NCBI GenBank assembly: GCA_964604155.1
Contig: CAZRXY010000105.1
Coordinates: 3,123 to 67,122, forward strand
DNA: 64,000 nt
Direction of reading: 5' to 3'
Source: an uncultured Candidatus Cloacimonadota bacterium
Lineage (GTDB): Bacteria > Cloacimonadota > Cloacimonadia > Cloacimonadales > TCS61
Of the stretch, positions 55,710 to 64,000 are shown piece after piece (the first letter of the stretch is position 1; each line of letters starts with the position of its first letter). The position numbers and the translations under genes were made by a program. Under the pieces are notes generated by a model. It searched no databases and was not told the DNA's origin. It saw only the letters and a list, made by a program, of their open reading frames with translations.

Positions 55710-56752
55710 GAAAACTGATTTTCTTACTTCTGATATTTATGCTATTGGTCTCATGCGGCAAGCAGGAAAATGGCACATCAAGAGGAGAGAGCCGATCCCT
55801 TAAGGACAGAAAAAAGCCACTTGCCTGGGGACAAAGGCAAAAAATCTATGTGTTTGCCGATGACCAAGTGTGGCGCTATGCAGAAGATGAGCTCAGGAAA
55901 ACGCTTGAGAGGACTTTTTATACAACAGTAAATGAGAAGATGTTTGTGTTGGAACGGATTGATTTTAATAAGCTTGAAGATTATTTTCGTTTTAACAACA
56001 TAATATTTTATTGTGATGCTTCCTCAAAAGCAGATGTGTCCAGTTATGTGCGGGAGCGTTTGGGGCAGAAGCTGGATGATGAGGTAGGTAAAAGCGGTGG
56101 GGCGATATTTCCGGCTTATAATTTATGGGCAGATGACCAATTAGTCTTGTTTTTGGTAGGTGAAGATGAAGAGACACTATTGAGGCTCAATATCTATCAG
56201 TCAAACGAGGTGTGGGAGATATTCAGAAACAGGTTGCTTAAGCGTCTGGAATATCAGCTTTACCGAAATAATATTAAGCCTTATACGAATTATAAAGACC
56301 AGGCCTGGCAGATTGATCTACCTATGAATTTTTTGGTTTTCAGACAGGATGAGGCAAATAATTTTATCTCCTATATATCTCGTTCAAAATCTATGCCTGA
56401 CCGTTACATATTCATCTATCATGAGAAGATGGGCTCTGAAGAATTAAATCGGAAGTGGCTGATAGAAAAGAGAAATGAGCTGGCGGCAATGTATTATGAG
56501 GGCGATAAATTCACAGAGGAAGATGTGATGAGCAGCAAGTGCCAAATCGCCGGATATGACTGCATCAAGCTAATGGGTCGATGGCAGAACGATAAATATG
56601 CCATTGGCGGCAGTTTTTCCTGTTTTGCTTTTCAGATACCAGAATTGGATAAGATATTTATAATTGATAATTCCGTCTATTATCCTGAAGGAGACAAATT
56701 GCCTTCACTATTAGAGCTGGAGATTATCAGTAATTCCTTCAAACTAAAGTAA
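55706..56752 (+). CDS. Lipoprotein of unknown function
   Basis: Lipobox LLVSCGK after a signal peptide. No catalytic motif recognised. Confidence 0.65.
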   Translation: MRKLIFLLLIFMLLVSCGKQENGTSRGESRSLKDRKKPLAWGQRQKIYVFADDQVWRYAEDELRKTLERTFYTTVNEKMFVLERIDFNKLEDYFRFNNIIFYCDASSKADVSSYVRERLGQKLDDEVGKSGGAIFPAYNLWADDQLVLFLVGEDEETLLRLNIYQSNEVWEIFRNRLLKRLEYQLYRNNIKPYTNYKDQAWQIDLPMNFLVFRQDEANNFISYISRSKSMPDRYIFIYHEKMGSEELNRKWLIEKRNELAAMYYEGDKFTEEDVMSSKCQIAGYDCIKLMGRWQNDKYAIGGSFSCFAFQIPELDKIFIIDNSVYYPEGDKLPSLLELEIISNSFKLK

Positions 56753-58011
56753 TGCACAAGGTCACAGAAAAAATTGCCACAGCTATCAGGGGCACAGAAT
56801 TTGCCGGTAATACTTATGTAGCCGGGGGATACATCCGTGATCTGGTGATGGGAAACGAAAAGACCGATCTTGATATCGCTGTATCACTGCCTCAGGGTGG
56901 CATTAAACTGGCGGTATTTCTTTATGAGAAAAATATCGCCTCCAAACCCGTAATTTTTGAGCAGTTCGGTACTGCTTTAGTGGAGATCGCCGGGCATAAG
57001 ATAGAATTTGTGATGACCAGAAATGAGAGTTACCGCAAGGGTAATAGAAAACCAAAAACCAGCCCGGGGACACTGCAGGAAGATATTATTCGTCGAGATT
57101 TTACTATTAATTCTCTGGTAATGGATATAATGACCGGAGATATCTACGATTTAACCGGGAAGGGTCTTGATGATATCAGGGCTGGTGTGATAAGGGCAAC
57201 ATCTGAGCCAGATATGATCTTTCATGACGATCCTTTGAGAATCCTCAGGGCAATACGCTTTGCGAACCGGTTCAATTTTTCTCTGGAAGAAGAAACCGCA
57301 CTTGCTATGAAAAAAGATAATTACGAATTGCAGACTATTTCATGGGAGCGAAAACGAGACGAATTTGAAAAAATTTTGCTCTCAAATACACCAGCACGCG
57401 GAATCAGGCTGCTATATGAATATGGTTTGATAAAATATCTGGTGCCCGAAATTGAAGATAAAGCAGATTTATTGTACTATGAGGTAATTAATGCTCTACC
57501 GCAGGTTCTCATTTTGCGTCTGGCAGCAGTATTGCAGATACTTGCAGAAGAGCAGGAACCCGAACTAGCTATCAGCAAGATAGCAGAGAGATTGAGAATT
57601 TCTGAGAGAATTTCTAACAAAATCAGGTTTCTGGTAACTAACGCTCAGCAAATCCGGCAATCCCGAAAATCCGCATCCTGTGAGATAAAATTGCGCCGGC
57701 TTGTCTATTTTCATTCCGAGCAAATGGATGATCTATTAGAATACTATCGAGTATTCTGCAAATTCGGGGATTGCATTCATTCATATAACGAGCTAAAACA
57801 TCAAATCGACCTGATAGAAAGCGAGCTAAAAGGAAAGAATTACCCTTTGCAGGGAAATATTATCAAAGAAGTATTCAACCTGCCTGACTGCAAAACTATA
57901 GGAATCATAAAAAACAAAGGTCTGGATATCTGGCTAAAAAACCCACAACTGAGTATAGAAGAATTGATATCAGCACTTAAGCAGGATCAGGAATTTTTCC
58001 AGAGATCGTGA
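56752..58011 (+). CDS. tRNA nucleotidyltransferase / poly(A) polymerase family protein (CCA-adding-like)
   Basis: GGYIRDLVMG...DLDIAV...RRDFTINSL...DPLRILRAIRFA. Confidence 0.85.
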   Translation: MHKVTEKIATAIRGTEFAGNTYVAGGYIRDLVMGNEKTDLDIAVSLPQGGIKLAVFLYEKNIASKPVIFEQFGTALVEIAGHKIEFVMTRNESYRKGNRKPKTSPGTLQEDIIRRDFTINSLVMDIMTGDIYDLTGKGLDDIRAGVIRATSEPDMIFHDDPLRILRAIRFANRFNFSLEEETALAMKKDNYELQTISWERKRDEFEKILLSNTPARGIRLLYEYGLIKYLVPEIEDKADLLYYEVINALPQVLILRLAAVLQILAEEQEPELAISKIAERLRISERISNKIRFLVTNAQQIRQSRKSASCEIKLRRLVYFHSEQMDDLLEYYRVFCKFGDCIHSYNELKHQIDLIESELKGKNYPLQGNIIKEVFNLPDCKTIGIIKNKGLDIWLKNPQLSIEELISALKQDQEFFQRS

Positions 58012-58514
58012 CTGATTATGCGGTAGTGGGGACTATATAATTTTCGGTATTGCTCACTATGGTGCACGCCTCGGCATTTTCCGGCATAATCTATTAATTC
58101 ATTTTTCCCTTGAAGAGAAATATCTAATTCCAGCTCAGAAATAATCCGGCAAATCTGCATCCAGTGTTCATACCAGAAAACAGGCTGATAAAGCACGATT
58201 TTTGAGCTTTGGTAAAATAATTCCGCCAGCTTTTCTCTCGTGATAAATTCCATTTTTATGCTTCGTATATCTACCCTCAAAAAATCATTAAAGCAGCCTG
58301 TTTCCTGTAATGGATGATTATCTAACTCATTCTTGCAGTCTTCTAATTCGGCTTCAAGGTCTTGAACTACTTTTTCCCTGTGCGAGATGTAATGCCCGGG
58401 ACCAAAGTAGTCCTGGTAAAACAGCTTATAAATATCTATCAGACTGGATTGGGGATGAAGTGATAATTCGCGATTCAGGTTTGTAATAATCTCTGAGCGA
58501 AATTTGCTGATCAT
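57987..58514 (-). CDS. Hypothetical protein (175 aa)
   Basis: Clean ORF. Its 3' end overlaps the convergent gene by 25 nt. No motif recognised. Confidence 0.5.
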   Translation of the reverse strand: MISKFRSEIITNLNRELSLHPQSSLIDIYKLFYQDYFGPGHYISHREKVVQDLEAELEDCKNELDNHPLQETGCFNDFLRVDIRSIKMEFITREKLAELFYQSSKIVLYQPVFWYEHWMQICRIISELELDISLQGKNELIDYAGKCRGVHHSEQYRKLYSPHYRIISHDLWKNS

Positions 58515-58559
58515 AATTATTGCCCCCTGGTTTTGGCTGATCTACAGATATAAACAAGA

Positions 58560-58603
58560 GCGTTGCAAGCATGTAATGGGGAGGGAGGTAATGCCTGCAA
58601 CGC
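58560..58603 (-). terminator. Hairpin downstream of ftcD (possible terminator)
   Basis: GCGTTGCAAGCAT...ATGCCTGCAACGC pairs at 12 of 13 positions with an 18-nt loop. The following U-tract is weak. Confidence 0.35.
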
Positions 58604-58623
58604 CGAAATTATTAAAGATAATT

Positions 58624-60288
58624 CTACAATTTCAGCTTAATCTGATCCTCGACTAAGGTAGCTTCCACGATAATTTTGTCAAGCAGAATTGCTGATTTTT
58701 GATTGATAGATTGCTCAAATTCCTGATCCGTGATACCAGCCATATTGATTTTAATATTCAAGAAGGCTGCTTTAGCAGCAGCGGCAGCCGTAATGGCAGC
58801 TACCCCGGCATCAGAAAGAGCATTACTATTTCCAATCTTGGCGATCTCTTCTGCCAGTTGCACTGCCCCCTCAGCCAGTTCAAGGATCCTATACGGTACC
58901 ATGATAGCTTCTTTGGTAGCCTTTTGCAAAGCGTCTTCCCTGATACTTATCTCTTCGGGGCTTTTCTTTGGCAATTTTATTGCTGACATCATTTCGTTAA
59001 ATGCCTCTGTATCTTCATCTATGGCAGCAATGGCTTTCTCTTTGATAAATTGCCCCTTCTCAGCGATTGGTTTCACAAGTTCCCAGTTGTCTTCATAGCC
59101 CTTTTTACCAAAGGTGAGATTAGCCACCATACTGGAAAGTGCACCCGAAATTGCCAGACAAAGAGCCGCCACGCTGCCACCACCCGGAGCTGGTTCATCG
59201 GTTGAAAGCAGGTCTGTGAAATCCTCAAGAGTCATATCTGATAGCTTGTTTTCTGTCTTTATTGCATGCTCTATCACCTTTTTATGAAGTTCAAATTTAT
59301 AAAGATCATCCAAACCCATAGATTGAACTGCTGTATTGAGCAGCATAGTTTCAGGTAATCCGGCACATTCACCCAGCCTGTTCAGGTAAAATTTTCCAGC
59401 TTCAATCAGGGCTTCTTTTGGCAATAATCCCACAATTTCGCTGCCTGTGATCTGAATGCCTTTATCAATTGCCAGCTCTCGCACTTTCTCCAGCACCAGA
59501 TGTGGAGGAGTAACCTTATAATTTGTGAGGTTGATAGAAATCTGGGCACGCTGAAAATCTTCTACATACCAGCCGACAGCTTTGCAATTTGAAAATAATC
59601 CATCTTCATAGACCTTATTTCCATCTTTATCCTTAATAATTTTGCCTCTCTCATCACGGGCGAGCTTACCCTTTTCTCTGATAATCAAAGCAAGATCATG
59701 GGCTTTCTTTTTATCCCTGGAATTCAGGTTGATGTTATAGGCAATCAAAAATTCACGGGCTCCTATAGCCAACGCTCCACTCTTTTTATTAAAAATATGA
59801 GGCCCAAAATCCGGCTGCCATTCCGGCTTTCCTGCCCGTTCTGCTAAACCTTCATATTCACCCTTACGAACCTCAGCCAAATTCTGCCATTCCGGTTTAC
59901 TGGCAGCATATTCATATAAATAAACGGGTATCTGCAATTCTTCTCCCACTCTTTTACCAAGTTTTTTTGCCAGCTCTACGCATTCTTCCATAGTCATATC
60001 GGAAACAGGAACAAAGGGGCAGACGTCTGTGGCACCAAAACGCGGATGAGCACCTTTATGCTTGCTCATATCTATTATCTGAGAGGCTTTTTTTATTGCC
60101 AGAAAGGCAGCTTCCAACACCTGATCCGGCTGTCCCACCATAGTGAAAACGGCGCGGTTCGTGCTTTCTCCCGGATCCATATCCAGAAGAGTTACTCCTT
60201 TTACCGATGATATCTCAGCAGCTATCGCTTCAAGAATAGCCTTATCCTTTCCTTCCGAAAAATTCGGCACGCATTCAACTAATTTCAT
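58624..60288 (-). CDS. ftcD: Glutamate formimidoyltransferase / formimidoyltetrahydrofolate cyclodeaminase
   Basis: MKLVECVPNFSEGKD... N-terminus, plus a C-terminal cyclodeaminase helical domain. Start at ATG 60286-60288 with a GGAGGAAG RBS; the track start at 60348 is over-extended. Confidence 0.85.
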   Translation of the reverse strand: MKLVECVPNFSEGKDKAILEAIAAEISSVKGVTLLDMDPGESTNRAVFTMVGQPDQVLEAAFLAIKKASQIIDMSKHKGAHPRFGATDVCPFVPVSDMTMEECVELAKKLGKRVGEELQIPVYLYEYAASKPEWQNLAEVRKGEYEGLAERAGKPEWQPDFGPHIFNKKSGALAIGAREFLIAYNINLNSRDKKKAHDLALIIREKGKLARDERGKIIKDKDGNKVYEDGLFSNCKAVGWYVEDFQRAQISINLTNYKVTPPHLVLEKVRELAIDKGIQITGSEIVGLLPKEALIEAGKFYLNRLGECAGLPETMLLNTAVQSMGLDDLYKFELHKKVIEHAIKTENKLSDMTLEDFTDLLSTDEPAPGGGSVAALCLAISGALSSMVANLTFGKKGYEDNWELVKPIAEKGQFIKEKAIAAIDEDTEAFNEMMSAIKLPKKSPEEISIREDALQKATKEAIMVPYRILELAEGAVQLAEEIAKIGNSNALSDAGVAAITAAAAAKAAFLNIKINMAGITDQEFEQSINQKSAILLDKIIVEATLVEDQIKLKL

Positions 60289-61528
60289 TGCTTCCTCCTG
60301 ATTTATTCTTTTTATATAATTCCTTACCCTGTATCCAGGTGCTGTCAATCACCATTTCGTGATTCAGATATATAATCTTTGACAGGATTTCGTTTTTATC
60401 CATATCATTTTCCAGCACTTCCGGATAACTGATAAATACCAGGTCTGCTTCTTTACCGGCTTCCAATGAGCCTATCTTATTCTCCAGACCCAGTATCTCT
60501 GCATTTGCCAGTGTTGCCAGATAAAAAGCTTTCCCAGGCGATATCCCTGTCTTGTCCAGCACATAATCGGCAAATTTCATCATCTTAAGCATAGAAAGGT
60601 CTGTGCCCGCACCTACATCACTTGCCAATCCTACCTTGATACCACTTTCTGATATTGCCTGCCAGCTAAAATGCCCGCTTTTTAAAAATAAATTAGAATC
60701 CGGGCAAAATGCAATGCGGCTATCTGTCTCTCGTAAAATATTAATTTCAGCCGGACTCAAATGGATGGCATGCCCCATAATACTGCGTTCCCCCAGTATG
60801 CCGGATTTGTTGTAGATTTCCGTATAGCTTTGGCAATCGGGAAAAATTTCCAAGACTCGAGTGATTTCTTCTGAATTCTCAGATAAATGTGATTGCAGAC
60901 GAGCAGCCAGGTTTTTTACAAGTTTCCCCGTCTCCTTGAGCAGCTCTGCACTGCAGGTTACCGCAAAGCGGGGAGAAAATATATAATCAAGCAGATCATT
61001 ATCATGCCATTTTTCCCACAATTCATAACTGGATTGCAAAGCATTATGAGTAGTTTGCTTCAGATAATCAGGACAATTAGTATCCATCATCGTCATTCCT
61101 ATTATGCTCCGCACCCCCATCTCTTGTGCTACCCCAAAAGAAATATCACAGGCAGATTTATAAGGTGACGTGTAAACTACGCTGGTAGTGGTACCCTTAG
61201 AGAGGCATGTTTCATAGAATCGCTTAGCAATCTGGCGACTGTATTGCATGCTCTGGGATTTTTTCTCGGCAGGGAAGGTATATTTATCAAGCCAGTCTAA
61301 AAGGCTGGGTGCATATCTGCCTCGAATATCTAATTGCGAGAGATGAACGTGCGAATCAATCAAGCCCGGGATGCAGATACAATCACGTTTATCCAGCCAG
61401 TTTGAGCAATTTGGGCTGGGAGAGATTGCTGTAATTCTGCCGTCCTGAAATGATATATAACCGTCTGGAAGATAGAGTATCTCTCCATTAGATAGCGGAG
61501 AGAGTATATTGGTAGCTATGCAGATCAT
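60275..61528 (-). CDS. Amidohydrolase-superfamily deaminase (guanine-deaminase / chlorohydrolase-like)
   Basis: PGLIDSHVHL...QSHLSENSEEI...HAIHL...ASDVGAG. Confidence 0.7.
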   Translation of the reverse strand: MICIATNILSPLSNGEILYLPDGYISFQDGRITAISPSPNCSNWLDKRDCICIPGLIDSHVHLSQLDIRGRYAPSLLDWLDKYTFPAEKKSQSMQYSRQIAKRFYETCLSKGTTTSVVYTSPYKSACDISFGVAQEMGVRSIIGMTMMDTNCPDYLKQTTHNALQSSYELWEKWHDNDLLDYIFSPRFAVTCSAELLKETGKLVKNLAARLQSHLSENSEEITRVLEIFPDCQSYTEIYNKSGILGERSIMGHAIHLSPAEINILRETDSRIAFCPDSNLFLKSGHFSWQAISESGIKVGLASDVGAGTDLSMLKMMKFADYVLDKTGISPGKAFYLATLANAEILGLENKIGSLEAGKEADLVFISYPEVLENDMDKNEILSKIIYLNHEMVIDSTWIQGKELYKKNKSGGSNEIS

Positions 61529-62775
61529 TTATTTTTCTTTATTAGTATAACTTTCTCGATTTTTTTCTCAGTTACCTTGCTCACCTGCAGTATGTAGTAT
61601 TTAGTCTCTATCCGAGCGTCCACTTTAGGGATTTTTGCCAGTTTATCTATGATCAATCCGGCTATTGTTTCATAATCTCCTTCGGGTAATTGCAAGCCAT
61701 GCCTGTTATTGAGGATATCTATTTCGGTATCTCCATTAATAAGGTATGAGCCATCGGCGAGTTTTTCCAGTTCGCTTTCCTGCACGTCATATTCATCTTC
61801 AATCTCACCTACCAGCTCTTCCATTATATCTTCTATGGTGATCATGCCGGCAGTTCCACCATAAGAATCCACGATTATTGCCATACTGCGTTTTTTTGCC
61901 TGCATCTCTGCCAATAGAGTATCTACGTTCATGGTTTCCGGTGCAAATAAGAGTGGTCGAACAAAATCTCCAGCCTTCTCACTGCCATTATTCTCGATGC
62001 TCAAAAGATCATATATGATCAAAACTCCAATGATATTGTCAAGGTCTTCATTATACACAGGGAAGCGGGTAAAGCCCATATCTCGGGATAGCAAGATCAC
62101 TTCGCTCACAGCAGTATCCTTATCAAAAGCTACGATATCTGTGCGATGAGTCATCACGTTTTCTGCCCGTAATTCACTAAATTCTAACGCTTCTTCTAAC
62201 AGCTCTTTCTGATTAAGCTCCTGCTCACCCGAATTTGTATCACTCTCGGAAACCATAAAGCTAAGATCTTCACGAGTTACGGTCAACAAATTATCAGTAG
62301 CCTCAAAATGAAATATCTTTAGAACTGCCAAATTGATAAATGTTACAATTCTGGAAAACGGAGAAAGTAGAAGATTAAAGAATTTGAGTAAACTGAAATT
62401 CTTTGCCACTAAGGTATTTGGATGCTCCCGATAGAGAGCTTTGGGAATAATCTCTCCAAAAAGCAGTAAGACAGCAGATATAATAAGCGTCCCGCTATGA
62501 TCAGAAATATGAATTAGGTTTCCTTCACGAAGATGATTTAGCAAAAGGATCGTTAACGAAGATACTATCACCAGTGAGATATTATTACCAAAGAGAGTAG
62601 TGCCAAACAATTTATCCGGATTTTTCAAAAATTCCAGCATTTGCTGCTTCTTGTTGCTGTTCTTTGCGTCCCTCTCGAGTCTCAGGCGGTCAAGAGAAAT
62701 CAAACCGGTTTCCATCCCGGAAAAAAAAGCAGACAAAAATAAAAACAGGATAATTATTAATACTATTAAAATCAT
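61525..62775 (-). CDS. CNNM/CorC-type hemolysin-family protein (DUF21 + CBS pair + CorC_HlyC)
   Basis: N-terminal four-TM DUF21 domain, CBS region and C-terminal transporter-associated domain. FGEIIPK motif. Confidence 0.85.
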   Translation of the reverse strand: MILIVLIIILFLFLSAFFSGMETGLISLDRLRLERDAKNSNKKQQMLEFLKNPDKLFGTTLFGNNISLVIVSSLTILLLNHLREGNLIHISDHSGTLIISAVLLLFGEIIPKALYREHPNTLVAKNFSLLKFFNLLLSPFSRIVTFINLAVLKIFHFEATDNLLTVTREDLSFMVSESDTNSGEQELNQKELLEEALEFSELRAENVMTHRTDIVAFDKDTAVSEVILLSRDMGFTRFPVYNEDLDNIIGVLIIYDLLSIENNGSEKAGDFVRPLLFAPETMNVDTLLAEMQAKKRSMAIIVDSYGGTAGMITIEDIMEELVGEIEDEYDVQESELEKLADGSYLINGDTEIDILNNRHGLQLPEGDYETIAGLIIDKLAKIPKVDARIETKYYILQVSKVTEKKIEKVILIKKNK

Positions 62776-62872
62776 AAAGCACCCATCATCTGGCTGCTGC
62801 CCCGCAGCAAGCCCACATATTTCCCGAATTCTCAGGATCTTCGCTATCTTGTACTATGTTCTCCACTTTCCT

Positions 62873-63940
62873 TTATCCATTTATCTGTTCATTCCGATAA
62901 GCAAATTTTAATGCTTCAATAAACTCTTCTAACTCTCCGGTCAATATCGCATTCAGCTTATAGGATGTCAAATTTATTCTATGGTCTGTCACCCGGGATT
63001 GAGGAAAATTATAGGTCCTTATCTTCGCACTACGATCACCGGTGCCCACCAAAGTCTTGCGGTGCGCCGCCGTTTTTGCTTCGCTACGCGCAATTTCTAT
63101 ATCAAGTAAACGCGATCGCAAAACCTTCATCGCTTTATTCTTATTCTTGAGCTGAGATTTTTCGTCCTGGCAGGTTACCACTATCCCACTGGGTAAATGC
63201 GTAATCCGCACAGCGGAATCTGTGGTGTTCACGCTCTGTCCTCCATGTCCTGACGATCTATAGACATCTATTTTCAGATCCTTTTCATTAATCTCTAGAT
63301 CTACTTCATCTGCTTCCGGCAGAACCGCCACAGAAATTGCCGAAGTATGCACGCGTCCCTGAGATTCTGTCACAGGTATTCTCTGCACGCGATGAACGCC
63401 ACTTTCCCAGCGCATTGTGCCATACACTTTATTGCCGATCAATGAAAACACGATTTCCTTATATCCTCCCACCCCGGTGGGATTACTCGAGATTACAGCT
63501 AATTTCCAATTCTGCTTTTCAGCAAAATAGGAATACATCCTGAATAAATCTGCGCAAAATAAAGCAGCCTCTTCACCTCCAGTGCCTGCCCTTATCTCCA
63601 CGATCACATCCTTGTAGTCATTGGGATCCCCAGGGATGAGCAGCTCGTTCAGATTTTCTTCCGCTGCTTCCAGCATGTCTGTAAGCTCGTCATGCTCCTC
63701 TTTTGCCATTTCCTGAAGCTCTGCTTCGTGCTCTCCATGGATGAGTTCATGATTTTCTTCTATCGAACGCTTCAACCTGAAGTATTTGTCTATTGCTCTA
63801 TTGATTTCCTGCAGCTCTTTATAGCGTCTGGAAATTTCGCTGTACAATCTGCGGTCGGATATCTTTTCCGGATCATAGATATCCTTTTCCAATTCTTTTA
63901 ATTGGGCTCTTATTGCGTCTATTTTTTCCTGAGGTATCAT
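62873..63940 (-). CDS. prfA: Peptide chain release factor 1
   Basis: PVT (PxT) tripeptide [14 protein letters not shown] and GGQ motif [20 protein letters not shown]. Confidence 0.95.
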   Translation of the reverse strand: MIPQEKIDAIRAQLKELEKDIYDPEKISDRRLYSEISRRYKELQEINRAIDKYFRLKRSIEENHELIHGEHEAELQEMAKEEHDELTDMLEAAEENLNELLIPGDPNDYKDVIVEIRAGTGGEEAALFCADLFRMYSYFAEKQNWKLAVISSNPTGVGGYKEIVFSLIGNKVYGTMRWESGVHRVQRIPVTESQGRVHTSAISVAVLPEADEVDLEINEKDLKIDVYRSSGHGGQSVNTTDSAVRITHLPSGIVVTCQDEKSQLKNKNKAMKVLRSRLLDIEIARSEAKTAAHRKTLVGTGDRSAKIRTYNFPQSRVTDHRINLTSYKLNAILTGELEEFIEALKFAYRNEQING

Positions 63941-64000
63941 TATTTTTTCTTGCTATACTCCACAAAACTAATGTTTTCTTCCTGCAATTCCATGCCAAGT
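63940..64000 (-). CDS. 3' end of an upstream gene (last 19 codons only)
   Basis: The open frame ...[19 protein letters not shown] ends in a TAA that overlaps the prfA ATG (TAATG). Confidence 0.3.
   Translation of the reverse strand, partial: LGMELQEENISFVEYSKKK

Noticed and set aside
62789-62810. Hairpin GGCTGCTG-CCCCG-CAGCAAGCC between prfA and the CNNM gene, as a terminator.
   Set aside because: The stem is imperfect with no U-tract on the transcribed (minus) strand, and the genes may be co-transcribed.

Overview
A moderately AT-rich bacterial chromosomal window. By gene content it looks like an anaerobic FCB-superphylum or Cloacimonadota-like organism, but that is an impression, not a computed result. 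The conserved backbone is rplM-rpsI, rpsB-tsf-pyrH-frr, ispA-dut-nadA, an FtsEX-like pair, pgsA, a CCA/polyA-polymerase family gene, ftcD plus an amidohydrolase, a CNNM/CorC gene and prfA. Between these lies a ~23 kb cell-surface glycan island (15.5-38.2 kb) in tightly packed minus-strand operons. It is interrupted by repeat-rich non-coding gaps. Three large secreted proteins carry C-terminal T9SS-type (NPFNP...LLK) sorting domains: a 2123-aa adhesin-like giant, a beta-helix protein and a papain-family peptidase. Most notable observations: (1) a DUF1573-type protein whose conserved SCGCT cysteine is replaced by an in-frame TGA, followed at the right distance by a hairpin with the same GGUC apical loop as the E. 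coli fdhF SECIS, making it a candidate selenoprotein. (2) Dockerin-like modules on two T9SS cargo proteins, next to a secreted protein with two cohesin-like modules. (3) A second, divergent NadA-family Fe-S enzyme in the glycan operon, with a CapK-like ligase, a CitE-like lyase and a MaoC hydratase. (4) A recurrent promoter-proximal motif and several families of short interspersed hairpin repeats in the island gaps. No CRISPR array, rRNA, tRNA, transposase or obvious defence system was seen. All domain calls come from motif recognition by eye and need HMM or structure confirmation.
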